Origin: Balanoglossus misakiensis
Taxonomy: Eukaryota; Animalia; Hemichordata
Assembly: GCA_040954595.2 (NCBI GenBank)
Contig: CM082596.2
Coordinates: 372,001 to 436,000 of the forward strand
DNA length: 64,000 nucleotides
Direction: 5' to 3'
Under the pieces are notes generated by a model. That model was given only the letters and a program-made list of their open reading frames with translations. It did not search any database and was not told where the DNA came from. Numbering within the stretch: the first letter of the stretch is position 1; every line of letters starts with the position of its first letter. The position numbers and the translations under genes are program-made. Positions 51,401 to 64,000 of the stretch are shown in pieces.

Positions 51401-52019
51401 AATGCAAATCCCATTGTTTTGGAAGATGTTTATCGAATCTTGATCGATTGAGAGCCATTTATTTTAGGCGTAGCAATGACGTCAGATGACAACATTGTAA
51501 TAAACAATCATACTGCTATGTACAGTCTTGCTGTTGAAATTGATTTTTTGCCTGCTATGAAGTCAAGACTTAAGTGACCTGTTGACTTCGACGAGCCCAG
51601 GTTTCAAGGATAGGGCCTATTTACGGAGAAAAACGTAAATTTGAAGAGTAAATAATGTGCAGAAAAAATGAAATGAATACGTGTAGGTGCACACGTTTAA
51701 CTTGATACACACAGGCAGGGAAATTGGGCTAGGGCGTAGCTACTTTTTTCCTATGCCAAACACCTTTTTAATGTATGCCTGAATAAAATTACGAAAACGA
51801 AAATTGTTGATAAATAGGCCTACAGGCAACAAATTGTAATGGAATCTGATTCTATACGATATACCAAATGCACACAGTTGCATAATGTAGGCCTATACAT
51901 ACAGCACATCTACACCTGTGTGCAAGCGATACAGATTCTCATCATTATGCAGTAGGGATAAGCCTATTATAGATATTCATTAGCAGCATTATTTAAAGTA
52001 ATGTTGAACTGGGACATTG

Positions 52020-52053
52020 GTTGGAACATAGACCCTAGGGTCTATGGTTGGAA
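52020..52053. mobile_element. Probable DNA-transposon excision footprint
   Basis: Perfect 20-bp palindrome CATAGACCCTAGGGTCTATG (52027-52046) between direct repeats GTTGGAA. Confidence 0.55.
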
Positions 52054-54765
52054 CCAATGCAAACAATTCCATCGAATTTGAAGTCAAACTGGTATTCTTC
52101 CAAGGCGATAAGTTGACACTGATAGCAACATCCTTGCACTTTCACGCACAACACTTGGACGTGAGAGGCGCTCTTCTTGGGGATGTCACGCAAGGAAGTT
52201 ACAATTCACCTACTTTATCCTTGATCATGACACCATTGTACATTTAGTGTCGTAACCATGGGAGCGAGTATTTTTTTGCACTAATATTGGCATTATACAG
52301 ACCAGCCACGTTAGCACATTTAAATTCCTATGGCATCATTGCGGTTAAATTATAAATGACGTCCCGTTGAAGTAGATGCCACTTGTCGATGTTCTGCCAA
52401 TATTTAGTGTCGGTCCGATCCTATGTGATGGAATGATCAAACCGTGATGACGTTTGTACAACGCGGAATGTCGTGCGTCATGATCGTGTTATTACATTTG
52501 CCCAAAAAATACAAAAATGATTATTGCAAATTGGGCGGTTATTATTTTTTGTGAACGTGGCAACACCAATAAATTTCAATAGATACATCATGAAAGTTTT
52601 AGTAAGTTATAAAAGACCTCTACGAGGACTTAATAACCACTATCATGTAAATGTTTTTGAATTTAACATATTCTAAGAAAACTTTGTTCAAAATATTCGA
52701 AGACACAACGTATTAGTATTCATACTTGTATGGCAGTGATCTGTTTCAAAATATAAAACTAATTCATTATACAGTAATTTCGATGATTAATATTGACGTC
52801 GAACGCAGATTTACTCTGTGTCTCTGACACAGATTTCATGACGACCTTTGAACTGTTGTCCACAAATCAAGATTTATCGAAACAATCACAATGGTGTGAT
52901 AAGGAAAGGACAAAAATAAGAGCTCGCTCCCCAAGTCCATAATCTTTGTCACACTGATATAACACTTGGGTTCCATGTTTTTGAACTTGAAGATGCGCTG
53001 TTCGACTGAGCGACGAAGGGCGCAAACATTCCCTAGAAGTTCTAAAACTTTTCGCATAATCTGGTGCACCATCGTTCTTCGCAAGAATACACGAATAAAA
53101 TATAAAATCACGCCAAAACATAAAAAGTATGCTCGTTTATGTTTTGCACAACACTTTGGACATATTAAGATTAAAAATTAACATTTTACCTAACACAGGT
53201 TCTTCAACATAGACAGTCGCATATCCCACACTGACAAAATGATATTTATGCCGCTAGCTTGTACAGGGCCATGTTTTTTGCTGTCACAGGCACTTACCCA
53301 AGTGTTTTTGCTTGAGACTGCCACTTGATTATACGGCTTCTAGTCACAACCAGGTACGAATTGAACGAGTCTTTAGAAAACGCCCAACGCGTGGTTGCAC
53401 GAAGCGTTGCGGCTACGCAGGTCTTTTATGATGACGTGATATTGATTCAACAGGTGGTCCAATGAATAATATTAAAATAGATAACGAGTCTGTTGTGTGC
53501 GTGATAGGTACTCACAGCCAGTACAACTGATAGGAAGAACTATACATTTGTAATAGGTATATAAGCTAAAGGTGGGTGGCCAATGTGCAGATAGATATAC
53601 ACGCACAATACCTAATCAATATAAGTTTATATGTGGCAGAAGCCATTTATGCAACGGGTAGATGCTAAAAAACACGTTCGGACATTAAAGAATTTGTTTG
53701 GCGGCCACGTGTCAATTATGATTTTTGATTCTATGCATCTTAGTTGATAGGGTAGCAAATCAAAGGATTGTGCGGCTAGCCAAAAGGATTTATACGACAC
53801 TCTACGTACGAGTTTCCACACCTTTTATTAAATGGAATCATCCTGAGTGACAGCCGACGACCGGCAGGGTCGGTGACTCCAGTCGTCAATGCTTCGTGCT
53901 GACATGTAAAATACCAGTGTTCACGCGACCCCAAAATGAAAAGAAAGAGTTTTAATAATTATTCTGCGTATAGACATTTGCTTGATGGCTGAAAGTCAAA
54001 CTATCAAATGCAAAGCATAGTCTGTTTTGCATGCTGTTAAAAGAAAAAAAAAACCATCAAAATTGGTTATCGATATCAAATGGATAGGCTGGGACCGTGG
54101 GATAATAGATAAAAACTTACTGGAACAACTTTGTACACAAACATACCACCTCTTGGACTTCGTGGCAATATGGTGATAAATGCTGTGTCATATTTTCCGA
54201 CCCTAATTGTATTCAAATTTGATAAATTTTACGGCCCACACATCGATCTTAGTTCCCGGATGAAGGTCAGATTGTAAAGTACAAACACGAGAGGAGTAAC
54301 TGTTAAAGGGGTTATAATCCAAAACTGTTATGTATTCCCAGACATAACTGGCAGATCAAATTTATATAATTTCACATGCCATGTTTAGTGAATATGGTGC
54401 TCTATACGCTTTTTGCAATGAAAAGATGAATATTGCAAAATTAATAGTTCATTCAACATTTCTAACAGTATGTTCACCAGCTGGCTTGACAATCTATGTA
54501 CAAATCATTCCACATAAACACTGTTCCCTTCAGAGAAATTTGATTACTCACATGCAAGTTTTTAATTCATAGAATGTGTGGGCGTTTTTGTTACAAGGTA
54601 AAGGGAGTGGTTGGTAAAAATAACATGTAATCATACTTTTGCTAAATGTTGCCACCAGGGTGGTTGACGGAAATTCAAGATATGGCTGACTCAGCCATGT
54701 TGAAAATATGGAAGTTCATGACCTTCATGGAAACATCAGACAAGTTTGGTTATAAAATCTCAAGT

Positions 54766-54771
54766 TTTATT
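54766..54771 (-). terminator. Probable MCRS1 polyadenylation signal AATAAA
   Basis: tttatt on the plus strand about 450 nt downstream of the stop. Confidence 0.55.
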
Positions 54772-55223
54772 TAGGTCTAGCAAGTAGTACAGGCTTGTTG
54801 CAAGTCCATACAGGAACACAAATACTAACGCAAGACAATGGAAAAAATGAACTGAAAGCTCATATTATATATCCAAGTATATACACTATTTCTTTTACTC
54901 ACACTTCATTATTATGTGTGTGTGAAAATGTCACATCGGTTTCCATGGACACAACCAGAATCTGAAGGCACATTGCTACAATAGCAATACAAATGACATG
55001 ATGGAACTGTACAGTGGCAGTGAAAAACGCATGAATTAAATTCAGAATGGCCGACAAATATGGATATGTTGGAAGTGACCACATCAGTCCAGCCAATATA
55101 TCTTGATTTTTTTAGAATGACAGTCAGAAGGCTCTGCCCATCTGACATCCCTTCTTAAGAGTGGCACTGTCACAACTTCAAAGCAAATGGGTTACTCCAC
55201 TCTCAAATGTAGGGATGTAAGGG

Positions 55224-55310
55224 TCACTGCACTCCCATCTTGGCAGCCTCTGCTCTGATGACATTGATGAGATCTTGGTTTATCAGAAAGATGAACCTCA
55301 GACCAGTAAT
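55224..55310 (-). CDS. MCRS1: MCRS1 last exon
   Basis: [28 protein letters not shown]. Confidence 0.94.
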   Translation of the reverse strand: MTGLRFIFLINQDLINVIRAEAAKMGVQ

Positions 55311-58300
55311 CTGTCAAAAATGAAAATGAAATCAAATTCAAGTTACAACAAATAACAGCTGCAAGTATGGTCTAAATCCTGTAAATATTACGCAAGGTAT
55401 ATACAAACTAATTCTTGCACGAAGAACTTGTTGATGATTCAAGTGACCATATGCAGAGTTTTTCTGATACAATGTGACTGTAAAGAACTCATATGTGCAG
55501 CTGTATTCAGAACAGCAGAGCTTTTACTTCATTTAGTTTGCAGTGGTGTGTCTTACCTCAACAACCGAATTGTTGGTTAATTTTGCCTTTTCTCCTTTGG
55601 AGACTGGTTTTCCATCAATGTAAATTGGTCTTTTCCCTTCATTGGCAACAAAGAAGTCACCATTATTCCGGAGTTTGATGACTCCTTGTCTGCGTGAGAT
55701 TTTCCAAGCTGGTCCTTCTAGTGACAGATCCACATCAATGTTGTTGTCTTTTGTCGCTCTGCCCAATGTGATCTGAACAAAAATCAACAGATATGACAAA
55801 ACTGCCTCGAACATGGAGTTTGAATCTCTCTCTCTCATAGGTGACCATATATTGGGTTTGAGACAATTGTTTAAATTTTCAGTAAGATAATATTGTGTTG
55901 TTTTGTGAATGAAAAGTGTGAGAAGAAAGTCATTTTGCTTCTGTCAAACCATAAACCTCACTGACATGGTCTCTGAAATCCAACAATGCTGTCACTCACC
56001 TCTCGTGATCGCATCAGATATCTGACCAATCTGCCTCGAAGTACAGCCAATGTCTGGTTGTCAAAGTCTGGCGGACTGATCCCTGTCAAGTGAAAGAGCA
56101 GAAATCAAAGATACAAAACAGACCATACAAACCACATGTCACTTCAATGACAGATATCTAGAAATTCAATACAATACTACTGCTAGCAATTCTCCATGTT
56201 AGATTCAAATGCTTTGACACTTCGAGTAGGAAAACTTAACACATCATCCACAGCTTTGGTTAAATCTTAGCATCCTGACTCCCTTTTTAAGAGGGCGCAC
56301 TCACCTGTCACACTGTCAACTAAAACCTGCCATTTTGGAATTTCATTTTCTAAATGTCTGATCTCTCTCTTCTGTTTCCTGTCAGCAACAGCTAATTCTG
56401 AAAAAGAAAGATAATAACTGTCACTTTTGGTTATTTTTTTTATAGAATTTTCCCCCATGTCTCAATAACACTCCACAGTCCTGCACCCAGCCTTCTCCAG
56501 TATTTGTACTTATACATTGTAGTACAAATGTAGTTAACATGTGAAGTTATTACGACCACTGTTATCGTTGAATATATAGCTATTTTCAATGACAAAGTCC
56601 ACAGTAGATGCAACCAAAATAATGACCTCAGACATTACATACCATGTTCTATGACTTCATCTCTAGGATCTCTGGAAAAGAAACACATTGGCAATACACT
56701 GTTAAATAAACACAAACACAACAAATGAAAACATTATTGTAATAACCCATTTTCCAAAGTCAAACTTCCATTAAACTTGTCTGTACAGGAGAGATGTTGG
56801 ATACATGATACTTACGTTAATTGACTGTCATCTATCATATCTTCTGTGTCTGAAAAATTCAGAACATGATCTCCTCTTGGCATCGGTTGAACTGAGAAGG
56901 AAAAATAAACATCAGAAGTCAATATGAATGGTTTGTAAAGAGATTTTTCAAGTACGATAACAAAACCCCACCACTACTGCCAACTTCACAACTATAGCGT
57001 ACTAAACTAGAAAACTAACACCTGACAACAATCACTTGGTCAAGTCAGTGATGTCATGTGACTGTAACACACTCACCTGATTGGTCAGGCAATAAATGAT
57101 ATTGCTTCATCAGTAACCAATGGCTGAAAAGTGATTTGTCAGTTCTGCATGGATGGAATATATTTGGATGTTTGTTTAACAGTTCTTGAAAAGTGTCCTG
57201 ATTTGGTTGACTCGTCTGCAAATGAAGAAATAAATAAAATACTAATAGTGTTTGGACATTTATTCTGCCAACCATGCATCATTAACACACAGATGGTGGC
57301 CAATGACCTTATACACAACTGAGGGCGCTGTTCGGGTACTCTTCAATGTTCCCAGAAGACTAAGATTAGAAATTGACAGAAATACAAAAGTGAATGTTAT
57401 CAGAGACTACTTTACCGAAGAAATTGTTCCTATCAGCGTCTCCTCTTCTTTAGCAAATAATGCTTTGTTTAAAATTGACTGCTTCACATCTGGGTGTAGA
57501 TTTTTCATTGCTTGTTGTCCAATTCTGTGAATGAGACAATCATGACTTGTTGAAGACATACAAGGAAGATCGCTTAATATGGTGAAATACTTGAAGGTTG
57601 TTGCTTTCAAGTACAAAATGTCAGGAAAACTTACTTGGATATTGCTGGGTCATAAAGCAATGCATACCATCTCTCTTCAATCTCATTCAGTGTAAACCGA
57701 CAACTGAATTTAACCCCTGTATGTACTGCCTTCAAATCATTAGTCTGGGGAGAAACACATTTGAATAAGCTTCAAAAATGGGTGTAAGTAGAGATTTGGA
57801 ATTACAGGATAAGAACAACTGGAATCTTGGATTTCTGCATAGCCCAAACCTTTGTGTTAACGTTAAGTTTACAACTGGTGAATACACTGACCTGTTGAAC
57901 AGCACTGATCAAAGCTAGATCATCTTGCGGTTTCCATCGACCAAGATCTTTGATGGCTGGTGGCAGCTGAAAAGTTAACAGCAACAACAATTACTTTTAC
58001 AGATCTCTAACGTCATTTTCAATTTTTTGTCATTATTGAGATATCAACATTCGATAGTTGAAATTTTCTCACTTTACCTTTTGTTTCTTTGCTCTCTTTG
58101 CAGAAGAGGATGATGACGACTTTGATGATGGCTGGAAACAAAATGAATCTTGTGACAATGACTTCAAGAAGAAACATTTTCTGAGGACAAGTTCACATTT
58201 ATCTGACTCAATCTTTCTTGGAGAATCTTTCACTGCAATTGACTCCTTCCCAGTTATTCCTCATTGCTCAACAGCTGCTGTTTCAAATGATGTGTTGCAA

Positions 58301-58936
58301 TAATAATGACTTCAATAAAATAATCTTTTACTTTTAATGCACACAAATGCATCAGTCATAAATATTGTTTACCTTTTTCTTTTCTGGCTGTTGGGTTTCT
58401 GTTTGTCCGATGCCTTCAGTGGGTGGTACAGGTAACCTTCCCCTGTTTGATTTGATTAGACTGCTCTCAACTAACTCATCGTCAAATTTCTTTCTCTTGA
58501 TCGATCGAGATGAACTCCTCCTTGGAGTGACATCAACAGCACCTGGTCGATTTGGTGCTGGTCTTACAGGTGGTGGCAGAACTGGCGCTGGTTTGGAGGA
58601 TTTGTGTGATGAACTTGAACCTGCTGAGGTGAAACAATCTTGCCAAGTTTAGTAAGGCAATCTGAAGATGACAGTGAGGTAACATTAATTGAGTAAAGTG
58701 CTAACATAAAAGACAGTCAGCTACGAACAATAGCTAGTCTAATGGTTTACTGATGCACTTATTCTTCTACATTGTAATCAATGTTATGTACCTGTTGAAA
58801 CAGGAATGCTACCAGTTGTACTGCTTGTAGTATTGACACTGCAGCTTGCCTTCACTGTTGATGATGGGACACTTGTATTCACCGTTGTCGTTTCTGCCTT
58901 GATCACTGGGCCTGTTTTCCCGACTGTGTCAGACAT
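55224..58936 (-). CDS. MCRS1: Microspherule protein 1 (NSL/INO80 subunit; MCRS_N and FHA domains); 13 coding exons, 487 aa
   Basis: complement(join(55224-55310,55557-55772,56000-56082,56305-56397,56643-56671,56816-56891,57077-57215,57416-57524,57635-57744,57892-57966,58078-58131,58373-58620,58792-58936)). Total 1464 nt. Motifs [64 protein letters not shown] and [18 protein letters not shown]. Confidence 0.96.
55557..55772 (-). CDS. MCRS1: MCRS1 FHA-domain exon
   Basis: [30 protein letters not shown]...NNSVVE. Confidence 0.95.
56000..56082 (-). CDS. MCRS1: MCRS1 exon
   Basis: [27 protein letters not shown]. Confidence 0.95.
56305..56397 (-). CDS. MCRS1: MCRS1 exon
   Basis: [30 protein letters not shown]. 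Confidence 0.95.
56643..56671 (-). CDS. MCRS1: MCRS1 29-nt exon
   Basis: DPRDEVIEH; the phases require this exon. Confidence 0.88.
56816..56891 (-). CDS. MCRS1: MCRS1 exon
   Basis: [24 protein letters not shown]. Confidence 0.93.
57077..57215 (-). CDS. MCRS1: MCRS1 exon
   Basis: [17 protein letters not shown]...[15 protein letters not shown]. Confidence 0.94.
57416..57524 (-). CDS. MCRS1: MCRS1 exon
   Basis: [36 protein letters not shown]. Confidence 0.93.
57635..57744 (-). CDS. MCRS1: MCRS1 exon
   Basis: [36 protein letters not shown]. Confidence 0.95.
57892..57966 (-). CDS. MCRS1: MCRS1 exon
   Basis: [25 protein letters not shown]. Confidence 0.94.
58078..58131 (-). CDS. MCRS1: MCRS1 exon
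   Basis: [18 protein letters not shown]. Confidence 0.85.
58373..58620 (-). CDS. MCRS1: MCRS1 exon (NAGNAG acceptor; may start at 58623)
   Basis: [12 protein letters not shown]...[25 protein letters not shown]...PEKKK. Confidence 0.9.
58792..58936 (-). CDS. MCRS1: MCRS1 first coding exon
   Basis: [19 protein letters not shown]...IPVST-G|gtacat; acceptor shortly upstream of the ATG. Confidence 0.75.
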
Positions 58937-59487
58937 TGTCAGAACGTGGATCTTTAAAATGCTGTAATACAATGTCAAATTAACATTACGTTTTGATCTA
59001 CAGAATAGAATTGATATTAATGTAGATTTTGCTGGTTTGGGCAGCCACACACGTTGCAAAACCTTGAGCAACAGCTAGTACGAAAGGTGTTTACATCGTA
59101 CATCGACAATAATGGCAACATGACCACTTTAGACTCGGCAATAGAAATCGAAACGTTCGATCAAGGTGTTCAATGAAGTCCCGAGAGAAACGATTACAAC
59201 TAATACTATGATAGCCATCATAGGCCATGGAATTCGGGAGCGAGACGGTCTATCCTCGACTATTGCAATCGATCTACTGTACCTATCACAACACTCACAG
59301 TCATCATCTTGTCATCAAAGCCTTGCACAACCTGACTTGGATGCCATGGAGACGTACAGATACAAGAATATTGGTGTCAACCTCGCCTTAACCTTATGAT
59401 TTGGAATATCCCCTATGTCACGTGGGCAATATTTTCCCAGAAAAGGCACCATTAAACCCCCAAACTGACGAAATATTCCAACCTTAC

Positions 59488-59670
59488 CTTTTTTCAAAGA
59501 CCACTTCCGCAAAAACACGCTTGTCTGTTTGTTCGCTGGTTGTGTCTGTATGTTCGCTGATTGTGAACTCCAGATTAAAATTCTCTCGTCGGATCGAGTT
59601 GAGTGGCGGCGCTGTGACCTAGTGAAGCAGTTTCCATGGTTTCCAGGTCATCTTCCACTTTAAAATGGCA
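59488..59670. promoter_or_regulatory. Probable bidirectional promoter (MCRS1 non-coding exon 1 and a divergent transcript)
   Basis: Minus-strand donor AAG|gtaagg at 59488/59487, ETS GCGGAAGTG at 59502-59510, YY1-like AAAATGGC at 59662-59669, CpG-rich. Confidence 0.55.
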
Positions 59671-59804
59671 GACGACATTTCAGGTCACGTTCGTTCGTCG
59701 TTGACTTATCACCGTCGAGCATCGTACAAGCATTTGAAACGTTTAATGTCGCCAGGCTACGCAGTTTATGTGAAGTTGACCATGTCAGTGCGGTTGAAAA
59801 ACAG
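59665..59804 (+). other. First exon of an unidentified divergent gene (coding or 5'UTR)
   Basis: aaaATGGca opens MADDISGHVRSSLTYHRRASYKHLKRLMSPGYAVYVKLTMSVRLKN up to the strong donor CAG|gtaaga. Confidence 0.4.
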
Positions 59805-62800
59805 GTAAGAGAACAATTTTGTCAGCGCGTTCGTTTTTATCATGTTCACCAGGCTACTTCCGCGTTGCAAAAGATGGTGACCTGATGATGAGGTCACAAT
59901 CTGTAGCGTGGGGCCAGGTTGCTCCTAGTGAATAGCGTTGTCCGCAACTGTTGCGCTTATCAACGGATGTGTACTTTTGTGTTATTGTATATATATAAAC
60001 AAAACATATGATGGGTACGCACAGCTGTAGTATATTTGAGCGCGCCCTCCGCAAAAGTGGCTGCCAATAGGCCCTACTGTGCACCGCATGTGATATGGAC
60101 ATTGCACAGACACGAAGCGCACACTAAGCAACACAACGTAAACATGACGCTATAGTTTATATAAATTTTATAATACTGCGTTTACATGTACCTATGAAAG
60201 ATGCTTCTGAGGTTCCAACAGTATCTCTCAACGTTACGTGGTAGAAATACCAGTGCGCCTCTGAGAAAACTTCTATCGTTGAACATCAGCTGTCCTCGAG
60301 AATTGTCATGACAAACGTTGCATCTGAAGAATGCATTCGTCATTTTCAAAATAGTCGAAGGCACCTGTCACAAACTCTATATCAAGGATAACGCTGAAGA
60401 ATGTTTCGAGAACAAGACTCGAATTGTCCAAAATTAACCACCAGCTACCATATTAAGGCATCAACATCATCGGTTTGCATTTTTCCAAAGTGCCATGCCT
60501 TATTTCGGCCTTACTATTAATTGTCCTGTGATAACTTTGGCTTTTATCTTGATTACTTCGAGTAGAGTACTTGAGATTGTTTCAACTATTCCCGCCATTT
60601 CAATCAGGCAAATCGTCGATGTTCGTGCAATGGAGATTAAGAAAGTTTAATCTCGTTAAACCAAAAATGGCAAGTATCATGACAAATTTCACTCATGAAA
60701 TTTCTTGTTATCTCCTCCCGAGCAGGGCACTACCTTTTACAGTAATTAGTAATGTCATCGAACAAGAATTTTAAGTTGGTTGTTATCTGTATAATCCCGG
60801 AACCTTCTAGGTGTGGTCTTGGTGTGAGAAATCGCCTTTCCGTTGGTGAATTTCTCATAAAATGGAAGTTGATTCTATGATTTGTAGTTTCAGACACATT
60901 GTAATATGCACTCGGCTGATAAACTCTCGTTATACCTCTCATAATGTGTTTGTAGATTAGACCAAATATTTCCTTCCTAATCTACGTTGACCAGATCTCT
61001 TAAAATCAATAACACATTGCCATCTCTTGAATATGGAAACAATCACAGGAAAATGTAAACATAGTTTGGAACTTACTTTGTTTGGCGAATATGACCGTAA
61101 TTATTCAGTTTGCCGTGAGTGAAATTTATCGAGAATTTAGGCATATGGTTGCCTTGGATTGTGAAGCAGCGTTTTTATCATATTGCAATCGACATTGCTG
61201 AGGTACTTTTCTCTCCTTTTGATATTTGATATCACGATGTCGAATGCCAAGGGACTCCATGGGTAGAACATTATCGTAAACAGTTGAGATATGCTTTGAA
61301 AAATAACATAAACCATGTCTGGTGCAGTTGGTTTGACAAGCAGAGGGGTTACTTCAGATATGTCAGCTGTACTAGACTTTCGTGGGATAAGATTTTCTCC
61401 AGTGGTGTACTGGATTGACGCATCATAACTGCATCTAACTCGTTAGCTCACTTGTCAATCACGGTCAACGTCACCCCTGGTTGCCAACGTGTAATACGTT
61501 TTAGTACAGGAAAGAAAACTGACTACGTTTAGTAAAGAGTGTTACCATCTCAAGATCTGTGTATGTCTTTACAACTTTGATTAAGATTGATACAGGAAGT
61601 GTGAAAGTTAATATTTCCAACCTGCGGTTTTCAATGAACCCTGTGAAATATGCCACTCAAAGGGCGTGTGCCCCGACGCGGACCAATTATCAAAATATTT
61701 TCAACAGATGGAAGACACATCGTCCGTTCAACGATCTGTAGATATCTAACCAAAGCTCTTACACGTGTATTTAAAATATTTGAGCGATGTCACTGATATT
61801 CAACGAGGCTACAGACTTGAATTTTGTCCATTCTGCACATTAGTACCACATGCATACTGTTATCGTGACTTGGGTAATCTGTCATTTTCGCTTCGTTTGC
61901 GTTCATACTTTTATAGATAATGCAAAAATCATCTTGCGTACATGTTTTCCACACAAACTTGATCCGAAATTAGACTCTTTCAACCGTAGAAGCTCTCCGT
62001 TAATGCAGAACTGCGCAAAAATCGTACACGTTTAATTTGAAACACAGCCAAGTTACAGATTCGTGGCTTCTGTCACTCAGTGTTTAGCAATTGAAACATC
62101 TGACCTTAAGCTGTGTCACACCATGTGGAAGTATTCTGTTTCGTGAAATATAGAAATTTTTCGCCAACATAGGATTGATATTACACCCCCGTTATCACCA
62201 TACGGAAGGTTATCATGAAACTTGGCTTACTCAGCGTAGTTTTATGGGCGTAAGAAACGAAAAGCGCTACTCACTCTGTAATGATGCATGACTGTCTTTT
62301 CGGTGACATTCACCTTTCTGTAGCAACCGTAAAATACTCTCGAAAACAAACATTGGAAACATTTGTGTGTAACTGTAAGAAAGAGAAATCAAACACAGGA
62401 GCAGTTATATTGCCTTATGTCAATATTACATTCGCGTCTATGGTGTCATAAAAGTTTTGTTTGGACACTGCAGGCCTAAACCATCTTTACCTTTAATAAA
62501 ATCTGCAACGGCCATTTCAGTGCAAGTCTCATGTGCATATCATGATTCCGCAGAAGTTGTTTGATGTGTGTGATCTTGATTACGTCAGTGGTCATGTCCG
62601 ATTTTGGCGTATCATCAAAAGTACTTTTACAGGATATTGGGCGTGGAATTTAAACGCAATGTTGACTCAGTCTGCGTCTTGAAGTTGTTAAAGATGTGAC
62701 GTCATTTATGAAGCAGTCAGTGTCGTTGTGATGTGTTCCTCTCTGTCTTTCAAGTCGAATTAGTCATTTTTGACTTGGAAGCTTTCTTCCGTTCTCGAAG

Positions 62801-64000
62801 GGGAAATGTGAAGTTGCCCTTCATCTCTTGTCGGATTCTCAGACTTCTATAGTTTGATCAACGCATATTTTGTAACACGACAATTTCCGTGGTAAAATCT
62901 AACATATTACTACTGATTCTGCAATCTGAGATACCTTTCAAAATGAAAGTCATAAATCAGTTTGAATCATAAGCAAATAATTGACCGTATGACCCCTACA
63001 TCGCCCAAGACCCAGACAGTGACACCGTTTGACCACCCGGGTCCATAGCTCCCACTTTCGCCATAACACTAGTTATTCTCGCGGGGTTCTGTATTGGCAT
63101 GCGGCCAGTTTTCAAGAGCTATTCAACTTGCAAGAAACTGGCTTCGACGGTCTAATTTCCGTTCTTGTGTGCAAATGATGTTTTCTTCTCGCAGGGATTC
63201 AGAATTTCGACTCATTGTGCAGGTCTTCAATGATACTTAATCGGCAATCGATATGACATGTAGATAATATACAGAGGCAAAAAGGACAATGGCAGAGATT
63301 TCCATCATTTGAAAACTTGCGTGCAAAGATCCTTTCATAGCAAGTGGAGTTACTTCCACTCGGCCGAGTTTCCATTTGCTCCGGCCGCTTAGCCTTAGTG
63401 AGTACGAGTAGAAAGATAAAACAAGAAACAGTGACACTTAAACGAACCCTCTATACGATTTAATTGCACACTTTAGCAAGCCTGAATTTTAAACACGTCA
63501 GTCAGTTTCATCTTGGGATTTCCAGCTTTTCGCCGAAGTGGAAAGCCGACAAGAAAAGCATCGTCATCGATATCTGTCCCTTCAAAATAAAAATAAAATG
63601 ATTCATTTAGCGGACACATCATAAACAAGCAATGTACAGGTTGTGGGTGAAAGATTTTTCACAAAAGTGGAGAGAAATGGAACATTATTGTCCGGGCGCT
63701 GATGATCGAGATGCAAGGAATGTTGTTAAGGGGAATATAACATGTAGAGTAAATCCGATGCTCAGTCGGTGACTACATTGTACACACCAGAGAATCCACG
63801 CCCAACGGCGAAACTTTAGAAAATATCTCCTCTCGCGTGTCTCTGTGTTATACTTGTTTACGCGCAGCTTTGTAACACTAAACTTAGCTTTCTGCCCTCC
63901 TCCAAGCGTTTAAAAATACTGACTAAATTTTGCCAAAATATTTGTTCATGCCCTCAGGTGACTTTCAAAGTACAGTAGTGCATACAGTGGTCATTCTCAC

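Overview
Eukaryotic, intron-rich, AT-rich animal genomic DNA. It is probably an invertebrate deuterostome; this is inferred from vertebrate-like exon boundaries and is not proven. Almost all supplied ORFs are spurious. By hand-splicing with GT-AG sites and phase checks I reconstructed three complete minus-strand genes: BMPER/crossveinless-2 (15 coding exons, 18259-32196, 668 aa), SPATS2/SPATS2L-family (12 coding exons, 38436-51239, 768 aa) and MCRS1 (13 coding exons, 55224-58936, 487 aa). Also present: a probable divergent first exon at 59.7 kb, a possible terminal exon at 1.4 kb, a DINE-1/HINE-like non-autonomous Helentron element (about 6989-8146), a TTAA-flanked MITE in the SPATS2 3'UTR, a transposon-footprint-like palindrome and several microsatellites. 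I saw no rRNA, tRNA or CRISPR array. No clearly novel multi-gene system is demonstrable. The best leads are a perfect Smad BMP-response element upstream of BMPER, SPATS2-MCRS1 microsynteny shared with human, a candidate TATA-driven spliced non-coding transcript at 3-14 kb, and two candidate small ORFs in and next to SPATS2.
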